Source: a candidate division FCPU426 bacterium (GTDB lineage: Bacteria > Oederibacteriota > Muellerivitia > Muellerivitales > Muellerivitaceae). Taken from it: a stretch of DNA of 64,000 nt. The DNA is taken from the NCBI GenBank assembly GCA_963771075.1, contig CAVYSE010000001.1, forward strand, positions 96,001 through 160,000, written 5' to 3'. Shown here piece by piece: positions 45,187-54,891 of the stretch. The stretch's first letter is position 1; the number at the start of each line of letters is the position of its first letter. A program made the translations under genes and the position numbers. Under the pieces are notes generated by a model, which saw only the letters and a program-made list of their open reading frames with translations, did no database searches and was not told the DNA's origin.

Positions 45187-47589
45187 TTACTTTTTTTTCC
45201 CGGATGGGTGGTTCTTTTTCCCGGTGTCGGGGGCTGGAGTGGCCACCGCATCCGGTTTGGGATAATCCACCGGAACATCCGCCCGGGTGGTCTCGGTAAA
45301 GCCGTATTTTTGAGCCAGATCCGGGCGAACCCACATGCGCATGTTATAGCTTCCCATATCGGACCAGACTTGACGGTAAAGAACCCAGTTTTTCAGGTCC
45401 GTCCAATCGACCATGTCGGGTCGCGCGGGTTTGATGGGAATAAAGTTGCTGAACAGCCAATCGTTAAAGAGTTGGAAATTCATTTCGCTTCCCGGGAACC
45501 CCTTTTTAAACCAAGAGGGAACCCACCAAACCCTCAATTTATATTTCCGGTTAATGTATCCCGCTTGGCTGAGAATGGGATAAGACTGATTATCGGCTTC
45601 CGTGCCCGTGAGGATGATGGGGTTGTCCGCCTGGGTGATCATGGCGGGATGGTTCCTCTTATCGAAGTCCCTTAATTGCCAGGCAAAGGGCCAGGAACAT
45701 TTATCCTCGATGGTTAAGGGGAGATCCGTTCCGCCCGTTTCCCCGTACGAAATTTCGCGGATGATCCGCTCCACTTCGTTGCAATCGGGGCCGGATTGAA
45801 CGTACACCAAAGGCTCGATCGGATTGGCCTCATGATAAAAGCTCAATAGAACGGCTGAATGAAGGGAATAGGAAGCCAGAAGCCCAAAACAGAGCAGGGC
45901 CGCGATGCGGGCCGAGCGCCAACCTTGTTGGATGGGGACGGCATCCCATATATCGCCCACAAAATAAGCGGTCAAAAGCAATGAAGGCAAAAGCGGATGC
46001 AGGATCAACCAGGGCATCTTTTCACCCGCCCATGAGAACAATGCCAAGGAGCCGACGTACCAATATCCCAGGAACAAGGGCATGTTTTTACGCTTAAAGA
46101 TGCCGTAATAAAGAAGGGCAACGCCCGAGAACAAGAACGAGACTAATTCATTGGCGGGAAGCTCCACTAGATAATAGTAGAAAGGCTCGTCACCGCGGTG
46201 AACGTCGTGTTGTCCCCACCAATACTCCAGTCCGCCGAACGCCCCGTTGTAAAGGGCGTTCAATAGATAATGAAGGCGGCTGATCCAGTCGGGTTGGGTA
46301 GCTCCCACGGTGAAAAAGGTGGTAAAGAGGAGGGTGAAGACGACCGACATAATCGTAATCGACCCGGTCAAGGCCGATGAAATGTTTTTAAGCCATAACC
46401 AGGCAAACCGCCCAATGAGGCCGAAATAGGCGAGGATCAAAACAGCCGAAATAAAGGTAGGTTGATTGAGGTGGAAAAAAGGAACTCGAAGGGCCAAAAG
46501 ACACAGGACCCACCAGCCGATAAAGAGCATCAACTCGGTCTGCACTTTCTCGATCCGGAGGCCGGCAATGACGGACCAAAGGTTGTCCTCGGTATGGCCG
46601 CCGGAATTGGACTTCCAATGGATGAAAAGGTTATAAATCGTCCAACCAAACGCCGCCCCTGCCAGTATGAATAGGAAAATAAGACGGGTCGATTGGGACA
46701 TTTCAGGCGCTATGCTTTTGAGAAGAGGTTGAAGAATAATTCCCAACCCGGTCAACCCGCCCGCAATCATTACATCCAGCCAGGGGAGAAGCCGGATAAA
46801 TAGATAGGTTCCGATGACAGCGATCGTGATGAAAATGGACTCCTTAGTGCAAAAGGCGATGATAAATCCCAAGGATGCCATCCATAAATCCATGGGTTGA
46901 CGGGAGCGCATGTAACGGAATAGGAAAACAACCATCGCGAATGTGGCGCCGCATATGTAGGCATCTTCCCGGGTGAAACGATCGAAATACATAAAGCTTG
47001 GGGATATGACGATCAGGAGGGTCGCTAAAAATGCGCCCGTTCGACCCAGAAAAGGGGAGAGCAACATGGCGAGCAGGACCGTCATAACGCCGAAAAACGC
47101 CGCCAGATACCTGGAGGTGGCGTCCGATACTCCGAAAAAGTAATACATGAGGGCGTTCCCGTGGAATTGAAAGGGCCCGTGCATCATGGGGTTATATTCG
47201 TAATCGCCGTCTTTAAAAAGCTGATAGGAATAGAAGGAATGCATGCTTTCATCATGGTGATGCGGTTTGATGCCGAGATGATCAAAACGGGTAAAAATCG
47301 TGATCAGGAATAAAGCGACATAGAACAGATTCATCCAAGAAACGGATAAGCCCGCGAATTGAATCGAGCTCGCCGAGGCGACGGGATTTTTATCTTTTGC
47401 ATCTTGGTCGCTTGTGTTATTGGCTTTAGGTATTTTTACCGACGGTGTGGGTAAGGATTTTTTATCATTTTTTTCGGGAAGGGGAGCGGGAGAAGTTTGA
47501 GTTGTAAGTTTACTTCCGCATTGCTCGCAAAAACTATTGGATGATGGATTCTTCGCGTTGCATTTCCCGCAAATTTTTACATCGGGCAT
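45187..47589 (-). CDS. TIGR03663 / Agl23-like GT-C membrane protein with an N-terminal zinc ribbon
   Basis: TRF..LG....HHDESMH, YEYNPMMHGPFQF, RFTREDAY, TKES, SWAGEKMPWL, EPLVYVQ; CGKC...FCEQCG at the N-terminus. Confidence 0.85.
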   Translation of the reverse strand: MPDVKICGKCNAKNPSSNSFCEQCGSKLTTQTSPAPLPEKNDKKSLPTPSVKIPKANNTSDQDAKDKNPVASASSIQFAGLSVSWMNLFYVALFLITIFTRFDHLGIKPHHHDESMHSFYSYQLFKDGDYEYNPMMHGPFQFHGNALMYYFFGVSDATSRYLAAFFGVMTVLLAMLLSPFLGRTGAFLATLLIVISPSFMYFDRFTREDAYICGATFAMVVFLFRYMRSRQPMDLWMASLGFIIAFCTKESIFITIAVIGTYLFIRLLPWLDVMIAGGLTGLGIILQPLLKSIAPEMSQSTRLIFLFILAGAAFGWTIYNLFIHWKSNSGGHTEDNLWSVIAGLRIEKVQTELMLFIGWWVLCLLALRVPFFHLNQPTFISAVLILAYFGLIGRFAWLWLKNISSALTGSITIMSVVFTLLFTTFFTVGATQPDWISRLHYLLNALYNGAFGGLEYWWGQHDVHRGDEPFYYYLVELPANELVSFLFSGVALLYYGIFKRKNMPLFLGYWYVGSLALFSWAGEKMPWLILHPLLPSLLLTAYFVGDIWDAVPIQQGWRSARIAALLCFGLLASYSLHSAVLLSFYHEANPIEPLVYVQSGPDCNEVERIIREISYGETGGTDLPLTIEDKCSWPFAWQLRDFDKRNHPAMITQADNPIILTGTEADNQSYPILSQAGYINRKYKLRVWWVPSWFKKGFPGSEMNFQLFNDWLFSNFIPIKPARPDMVDWTDLKNWVLYRQVWSDMGSYNMRMWVRPDLAQKYGFTETTRADVPVDYPKPDAVATPAPDTGKKNHPSGKKK

Positions 47590-47951
47590 TCCATTGCTCC
47601 TTGGTAGACGAAATGATTATTAAGGCACAAATTAATAAAACCTGGGAAAGTGGCTAACTATAACTGTCGATTAATTCTTTTGTCAACAAATCGACAGGTA
47701 GTGGAAGCCATGTCGTTTTTTATGCCCCATTCTTCTCCGCAAACTGATTTACCGGTTATTTCGACTCAAACGGCCAAAATAGTTACTGGGCCGCCAAGTA
47801 GTATACTTTTCACGGACAAAAAGTTTAGCGTAAAAGTGAGCTCGGGAAGTAATCGCGGCACTTAACCTAATCAAGTTGAATTTTCAAGAGGCCATTGATA
47901 AACTTTTTTAGTGAAGCCCCATTTTTGTTGTTCCACGAGAGGAGACGTTCA

Positions 47952-48929
47952 GTGGTTTTAAAACGATATTTTTTAAGCTTGGGATTAATCATTCTCGCGG
48001 GTTTTGGGGCGTCCTCTCTTTGGGCGCAATCAACGGATTATACGGCGGAAGTTTTGACGAAGGGCGCGGGCGCGAGACCCTTGGCCATGGGCGGAGCCTT
48101 TGCCGCGGCGGCCAATGACGCCACCGCCGCTTATTGGAACCCCGCTGGATTGGCCTTAATTGATGATATTGAGATTACGACCATGCACGCGGCGGCCAAC
48201 GATCTTCAAAGTTATGACTTTGTCAATATAGCGTTTAACACCAAGGATGCTGGTTCTTATGCGATTAGTTATCTTCGCTTGGGGGTGGATGGAATTATCA
48301 TTACACCCTCCAGCGGGCCAACCTCTATCGCTTCGGCTACCTATTCGGATCAGGCGGGATTACTGTCCGGAGGGTGGAAAGTCGCGGACCAACTTTTAAT
48401 TGGCGGCACCATTAAGCTTCTTCAAACGAACGCTTATACTTCTTCCGCTTTTGGATTCGGTTCGGACTTTGGAATTTTGTTCAAACCCGCCAAGGAATTT
48501 GCGATTGGATTGGTAGGCCGGGATATCACCGGAGGTTCTTATGTCACCTGGAACAATACTCCGACGGATCCCACCCAAACACTTCAACCGAGCATAACTT
48601 TGGGACTTTCCTACACCCAAGAATTAGGAAAGAGGGCGACCACCAATGGCGCGCCGGTGCCGGTAAGCACGCTTCAGATTAATTTTGATGCGGATACTCT
48701 TTATGCGGGACAATCCTTGAATAACTACCATTTCGGCCTGGAGTATTGGTATAAGCAATTTGTGGCCATCCGGGGAGGCTTTGAAACGAAGGGAATGCAG
48801 TTTGATAATGACGACTTTACACCTTCCGTGGGTGTGGGTATTTGGGCTTATCTATTTGAGGTGGATTATGCCTTTGTCAGTAATTCAATTGGATCCATCA
48901 ATTACCTTTCGCTCATCACGCGTCTATAA
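47952..48929 (+). CDS. PorV/PorQ-family (FadL-like) outer-membrane beta-barrel
   Basis: Signal peptide; GAGARPLAMGGAFAAAANDATAAYWNPAGLA; GLEYWY, IRGG, VDYAF; RBS AGGAG favours GTG 47952. Confidence 0.85.
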   Translation: MVLKRYFLSLGLIILAGFGASSLWAQSTDYTAEVLTKGAGARPLAMGGAFAAAANDATAAYWNPAGLALIDDIEITTMHAAANDLQSYDFVNIAFNTKDAGSYAISYLRLGVDGIIITPSSGPTSIASATYSDQAGLLSGGWKVADQLLIGGTIKLLQTNAYTSSAFGFGSDFGILFKPAKEFAIGLVGRDITGGSYVTWNNTPTDPTQTLQPSITLGLSYTQELGKRATTNGAPVPVSTLQINFDADTLYAGQSLNNYHFGLEYWYKQFVAIRGGFETKGMQFDNDDFTPSVGVGIWAYLFEVDYAFVSNSIGSINYLSLITRL

Positions 48930-48939
48930 AAAAGGGATT

Positions 48940-48976
48940 AAAAAAAAGGGGGGATCTCAAAAAAATCCCCCCTTTT
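48940..48976. terminator. probable terminator after the PorV-like gene
   Basis: AAAA-GGGGGGAT...ATCCCCCC-TTTT. Confidence 0.65.
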
Positions 48977-49041
48977 ATCGTTTTTTGTTATCATTTAAAA
49001 CTGATTAGCTTTTGATTTCATCTTAACCTTTCGAGGTTCTC

Positions 49042-51384
49042 ATGAGACGTAATTTGCTCTTCTTTGGGTTCGCGTTTTGGATTTTCTCCGGAATTTTTTC
49101 ATTCGGTTTTGGCGCATATGGTTTAGGTCCCTCTACTGGAACCGATTTGCCCTATTCCGTCCAATTTAAAAACACGTTAAAGAATTTGCATCACAACGCA
49201 TCTTTTATCGGGGGGCAAATTATTGCGTTGAGGGACACACCCGGAAAAGAATACAGTGGTAATTATATTGACGTAGGCGATTTGGGCGGGGTTAAGAGGG
49301 GCGATGTTTTTGCGCTCTTTTCACCTGCCGGTGAACCGGTGGGATTCATAAAAATTACGGAGGTCCAGCGGTATACCTCTTCTTTTGAATTTCTCGAATT
49401 AACGGTTAATCCTTCGGATGAATTGGAGGCGAAAAAAGTTACCAATGATATCCGTGATCGGCTGCCATCCATGCTTTCAGCCCATCCGGACATGCGGTAT
49501 TTCCATCATGCGGTAAAACTTGCACGTTCTAAGCAATCTCCACCCCTGGTTTCCGTACCACAGCCCAATACCTCTTCTGCGAACACCTCCGCCCTGCCTC
49601 CCTTACCGGGGCAGTCATCGGCCGCGCTTCCGCCTTTGCCGGGCTCCGAATCCGCCAATGCTTCCTTACCCCCCTTGCCCGGTGCGGCTCCTTCTGAAAC
49701 AGCTCCTTCAACTTTACCTCCTTTGCCAGGATCAGTCTCCTCGGAAACCTCCTCGTCAGGCATGCCTTTATTGCCGGGAACCGTTGACAATGGGACGACT
49801 GCCCCGGCGGGTTTACCGCCTTTGCCTGGAAGTGATTCGGGTACGAATTCAATCGCACCTCCACTTCCCCAATCTGCACCTGCTCCTTCGAGCGGCCTTC
49901 CGGCTTTGCCAGGTGACAATAACATGGCGACCGGTTCTTCGGCGGGCTTACCTGGCCTGCCAGTTGATAACTCTGCCACCAACACTCCTAACGCATTTCC
50001 GCCTGTTCCCAGTACTCCTGGAATGGATAATTCCAACTCTGGGTTGCCTCCTTTACCCACGGATAATGGCACCCCTTCCGCACTTCCACCCATGACCCCG
50101 GATAATTCTTTGGTTCCACCCATGCCGGAGCCAGGAGGAATGGCAGTGCCCGGTCCATCGGATACTGGTTTACCGGCTCTGCCGTTAGACAATGGAAATT
50201 CAACGACCCTTCCCGCCGCTCCGGATTCGGCCCTTCCTGGCCTGCCTGAACCTTCCACCCAACCGGCTGGGGCCCCGGATAACGGCGTGCCCTCCCTCCC
50301 GGGGATGGATAACAGTGCGCCAGCGGGGCTTCCTCCGCTTCCCCAATCGGAATTGCCGGGTACGCCTCCTGAGCCGATGGCCCAAGGTCCACTTCCGGAA
50401 GCTCCCGACGCCGGATTAAATCCTCTACCTTCGGATGGTTCACTTGCTTCCTTACCTTCTTCAGAGATGGACTCCAACGCAGTGCTTCCCAGCTCCGATT
50501 TGCCTTCCCCTGAACAGGATTTGGCGGCTTTGCCAGCCTCAAATCTCTCTGCGGATTCAGGCCTTCCCGCTTTGCCGGATGAAAATGCTAGCCCTTTGCC
50601 AATCCCGGGCGATCAAGCCAGCGCTGGGCTTCCAGACGTTTCGAATAACGGACTTCCCGAACCGGTTCCCATGGATAACAGCGTACCAACATTGCCGGAT
50701 AACTCTTTGGCGGGTCTTCCATCGCCGGATCAAAGCGCCGCACCGATGATTCCTGCAGGGTCGGATATGATGCCTACACCGGATGGTTTACCCGGAGCGG
50801 AATCACCTGTGGTAACGGATGCTAATTTAGCGGGTCTCCCTGGTCCTGCTGATACGGGTGTTCCGGCTATTCCGGATGATTCAATGGCAGCCCTGCCGGT
50901 TGCTCCACCAGCCCCTACGGACAACGGCTTACCCGCCGCACCCGGTGATAACAGCATGTTGCCCGCGCCAGTGGATAATGGGCTGCCTTCGGCTCCTCCC
51001 GATTTGGCTTCCGCCGAATTGCCCCCCTCTCTTCAAAATGACACCCTTCCCCCCGCTCCTACCGAAATGGCGATGGGAGATAATTCCTTGGTTCCACCGC
51101 CGGTGATCGACAACGACCTACCTCCAACCGCAGATGGGTTGGACGGTTTGCCTACGGTGAATAACGCCGCTCCATTGCCGCCTGTTCCGGTTGCGACGGC
51201 GGGTGGGGCAGGGCTTCCCGGAACGGATGATTTCCAACTGCCAGGGGTTGTTGCACCGGCGGGTGTCGCTTCATCGGCAGAAGCTATGAATTTGGGTTTG
51301 CCGGCGGTACCGACCCGCGTAAACGGTCGTTTTATTCAGGACATACCGACTTTCACTTCCCCAAGCCCAAAGCCAGCAGCCTAG
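49042..51384 (+). CDS. exported protein with a small N-terminal beta domain and a ~600-aa acidic Pro-rich LPxLP repeat tail
   Basis: Signal-like N-terminus; YIDVG...GVKRGDVF...VGFIKITEV (FlgT-C-like); dozens of LPPLP/LPALP/LPGLP motifs. Confidence 0.7.
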   Translation: MRRNLLFFGFAFWIFSGIFSFGFGAYGLGPSTGTDLPYSVQFKNTLKNLHHNASFIGGQIIALRDTPGKEYSGNYIDVGDLGGVKRGDVFALFSPAGEPVGFIKITEVQRYTSSFEFLELTVNPSDELEAKKVTNDIRDRLPSMLSAHPDMRYFHHAVKLARSKQSPPLVSVPQPNTSSANTSALPPLPGQSSAALPPLPGSESANASLPPLPGAAPSETAPSTLPPLPGSVSSETSSSGMPLLPGTVDNGTTAPAGLPPLPGSDSGTNSIAPPLPQSAPAPSSGLPALPGDNNMATGSSAGLPGLPVDNSATNTPNAFPPVPSTPGMDNSNSGLPPLPTDNGTPSALPPMTPDNSLVPPMPEPGGMAVPGPSDTGLPALPLDNGNSTTLPAAPDSALPGLPEPSTQPAGAPDNGVPSLPGMDNSAPAGLPPLPQSELPGTPPEPMAQGPLPEAPDAGLNPLPSDGSLASLPSSEMDSNAVLPSSDLPSPEQDLAALPASNLSADSGLPALPDENASPLPIPGDQASAGLPDVSNNGLPEPVPMDNSVPTLPDNSLAGLPSPDQSAAPMIPAGSDMMPTPDGLPGAESPVVTDANLAGLPGPADTGVPAIPDDSMAALPVAPPAPTDNGLPAAPGDNSMLPAPVDNGLPSAPPDLASAELPPSLQNDTLPPAPTEMAMGDNSLVPPPVIDNDLPPTADGLDGLPTVNNAAPLPPVPVATAGGAGLPGTDDFQLPGVVAPAGVASSAEAMNLGLPAVPTRVNGRFIQDIPTFTSPSPKPAA

Positions 51385-51502
51385 TTTCCTTTTGGCCTGC
51401 TCCGGCCCGTTTTTGAATCCGTTATAATGACCTGGTTTTACCTCCAGGCAAGGATTCGAAAACGGGTTTTTGTTTTTTCCTCCAACCCATCAAGGATAAT
51501 TA

Positions 51503-52678
51503 ATGCCAGTTTTGTTTCAATACTGCCTCCTGTCGCTGGGTTCCCCCTTTTTATTGGCGATGAGCGTCTGGCTCGTCGTGTTAAACCTTTTATATTTCAC
51601 CAATACTTTGATCGATTACCTCATTCTTTATCACACTGGTTTTTGGGATTGTTTTCTTTTGTTCATATATTACCAACCCAGTTTTCTGGTCTTGGCAATA
51701 CCCATTGGATTTTTGACGGGTCTATTGGTGGCTTATGGTCGAATAAGCGCCGATAGGGAATTTTTGGCGTTACAAGCTAGCGGCTTATCAGCGAGTGCTT
51801 TGCTTTGGCCCTTGGGGATCTTATCCGCGATTTTCAGCTTATTCCTTGTCGTTTTTATGGACGTAATTCTTCCTTGGGGAAATACATCCGCCATAAAATT
51901 GGAATACCGAATTCAAACGGAGCATTCCACCATTGCGGTAAAAGAAAGGATGTTTGTAAAGGATTTTAGCGGCTATGAGATTTACGTCGATCAGAAAGAA
52001 GAAAGCACTGGAAGGTTGAGAAATGTCACTGTTTTGATGTTGGATGATAAAGGATACCCCTACCGGGTGGTTTATTCCGGCGAAGGGTCCCTTCAGCAAA
52101 ACCCGGATCTGCACATTATTCTTCGCCTGGAAAAGGGTGTTATGCAACAGCTGGGTACCCGATTAACACCTGGGTTTTCAAATTTACTTCAGCTTAAGTT
52201 TTCTAAATGCGACCTTGATTTAAATGCCCAGAAACCTCCGTTCGGGCCCTTAGATGCGAACAGTGCGCGTAACATGAAAATTCAAGATTTGGCGAAACGG
52301 ATTAGGGATGAAAGATTGAAAAAACAGGATTGCGAAAATGACGAGGTGGAGTTCCAAAAGAAATTTTCCCTCCCATTTTCAGCCATGGCTTTCGCCTTTA
52401 TAGGCGTTCCTTTGGGGCTGATCACCCGGGGCGGATCCTTTCTAGGCCCTGTCGTCGCTGTTATGCTAGTAGGGATATATGACGGGTTTTTAATGCTAGG
52501 TGATAATGGCGGGTTTCTGGGCCGTTACTCACCCTTTTGGGCGATGTGGGCACCCAATATATTTCTTTTAGTCGTAGGCTTTCTTCTGACCCTTTGGATC
52601 GATCATCGTCTTTGGTTGATCCTATCCTTTCGCTCATTGGCTAAAGGTGCCCCTGCCGATCGGGTGAAATCTTCATGA
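51503..52678 (+). CDS. lptF: LptF/LptG-family LPS export permease
   Basis: AIPIGFL.G.L.AYGRISADREF.ALQASG.S; KKFSLPF...F.FIGVPLG; AMWAPNI. Confidence 0.85.
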   Translation: MPVLFQYCLLSLGSPFLLAMSVWLVVLNLLYFTNTLIDYLILYHTGFWDCFLLFIYYQPSFLVLAIPIGFLTGLLVAYGRISADREFLALQASGLSASALLWPLGILSAIFSLFLVVFMDVILPWGNTSAIKLEYRIQTEHSTIAVKERMFVKDFSGYEIYVDQKEESTGRLRNVTVLMLDDKGYPYRVVYSGEGSLQQNPDLHIILRLEKGVMQQLGTRLTPGFSNLLQLKFSKCDLDLNAQKPPFGPLDANSARNMKIQDLAKRIRDERLKKQDCENDEVEFQKKFSLPFSAMAFAFIGVPLGLITRGGSFLGPVVAVMLVGIYDGFLMLGDNGGFLGRYSPFWAMWAPNIFLLVVGFLLTLWIDHRLWLILSFRSLAKGAPADRVKSS

Positions 52679-54797
52679 CCCATTTCAAGTTCTTGATCCG
52701 TGAAAGGACCTTCCGCTCATGGAGGGGTATGCTTTTTTTGGGCTTGCTTGGTTTTTTTTCGATTGCCCGGGGTGAGCTGTCCTTCAACCTCCAGACCAAC
52801 GTGAAAATTCAGGCGGATTACATCCAGTACCTTCGGGATCAAGAATTGGTCGTGGCCAAGGGGGATGTGCATATCCAACAGGGGACCGTCAATCTTTACG
52901 CGGACAAAATCCGATACGACGTGAACGCCCAGGATATCCACGCGGACGGCCACGTCATTTGGCAAAACGAGAGCGATGAAATTGAGGCTCAAAGCCTGAC
53001 TTTCAATTTGAAGACCCAAAAGGGCAAGGGCCTCAATATCCGCACGACTTCGCCACCGTGGATCAGTACGGGGAGCGAGATTGATATTGAACCCCAAAAA
53101 GTGACCATCAAGGATGCCATCACCACGACTTGTGACTACGAGCCGGATTATCGCCATTTCCACATGAAGGCGGATAAAATCGTCATTTACTCGGGGAATT
53201 ATTTAGTCGCGGAGAACGTGGTTCTTTACATCGGGAAGGTGCCCGTTTTCTATTTCCCATTCTTTGTCCGCACCATCCATGACCTTTCAACACCCTTTTC
53301 CGTTTCGACGGGCCAGACCGATTATTTGGGAAATTATCTTTTGGTCACGACCAGCTACCTTTTTAACCCCAAAAGTTATGGCGCTCTTTACGCCGACTAT
53401 TTTGCCAAAAAAGGGCTTGGCTTGGGCGTGCGCCATGAGATCGCCTTGAACGATTACTCGGTCCTATCCCTGTATGGGTATGGAATTCAGGAAGGTGACA
53501 CCAAGAATTTTCGATGGGAATCGAGGGCCAGGGGGCTTTGGGCCTTGTCATCGAGTGTGCAGGGAAGGTTGGAAGCCGATATCCCCGGGGATGGTTTATT
53601 CAGCGAGGATTATTCGGTCGCCCGCCGTGATCCATCCCTCGTGTCCACCTATCGCGAATATGATCTTTCCGCCACTTTAAGCCGAACCCAATACTCCCTG
53701 AGTGTTTTGCTCCGGCGTCAGGAAACCCCGAACTTCGGGGACCCGAACGACCCCCTGGAAACAAATTTCCAAAAAACAAACCAAACCCTGCCTCAAATCG
53801 GATTTAGCCTATTTCCCCGGCGATTGATCGGGACCAATTGGCTGAAATGGGACATGTCTTTGAACGCGGATCATACCTGGACATTGGCGGATGATTATTA
53901 CGTGAATCATTTAACCGGGGAATTGGGGATCAGCCAAAGCCTTCTATTATTTACCAGTCAGACCCTTTATACCCGAATGGCCATGGACGAGAATTTTCAG
54001 GATAAGGCGGATATCGGTGGGACGAATGTTGGGGAAACCCATACCGCGAACGTCAATAATACCTGGAGTGGACGTTGGACCGAATTATTTCAACACATCC
54101 TTTGCCTATACCTACGCCCAAAAGCTGAATAATCTTCAGGCCACCGATCCCCCGCACGGGATTACTTCGAATCTTTTAATGCGGTTCCCTGGAATTTGAC
54201 GGTGGAACCGTTTTTCGCGCGAGGACGAGCACTTCGTATGATTTTAACGCCCAAGTCAACGCGGATTCGATCAGGTTTTCATATCTGCGTCAGGAATTTT
54301 ACCTCACACCGTCTCCTTTATATGATTATCTAGCGATTTTTGACTACTCGGTGAACGCGAACGCCATTAAGGACGTGAATTCGGTTTTGGATCTGAAAAG
54401 CAAAAATGACATGTGGAGATTCAGGCTCTCGGGAAATTTCGTGGACCCGAACGTATCCAACACGGGTTTTATCACTACGGGTGTGCCGCCCACTTTTGAG
54501 ATGTCGGGCGAGTTGGATTTCGCGTTTTTCACCAATTACCGGATCGCCATGCTGGAAAGTTATGATGTGACCAACGCCAAGTTCGAATCCCGCAGTATCA
54601 GCCTTTACCGGGATCTTCATGATTGGGAAGCGCAGATGACCTATACCGACGATCCCGTCGCGGGGGAACAGTTGATGTTTACCCTGAACCTGAAGGCTTT
54701 CCCAGGTCGGCCCATATCGGTATCCAATTCCCAATTACAGCAAATCAACGGGATTCGCAACCAAGGCTTGACCGGGGCCGCCACCCAGTTCCAATAA
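52675..54797 (+). CDS. lptD: LPS-assembly protein LptD (frameshifted near 54090-54200)
   Basis: OstA-like IQAD...AKGDV...[21 protein letters not shown]-terminal YRDLHDWE...FTLNLKAFP in the 54351-54797 piece. Confidence 0.75.
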
Positions 54798-54891
54798 ACC
54801 TTTTTCCAAAGCGCTTGAAAAAAAAACGGCCAAGCCGGATAGTTTCCTTTTGCCCCAGGCAATTCCGGGCCACTCCAGGAAGGGTTCAACC

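Noticed and set aside
54060..54350. Programmed frameshift or true pseudogenisation of lptD
   Set aside because: Better explained by the window-wide indel error pattern
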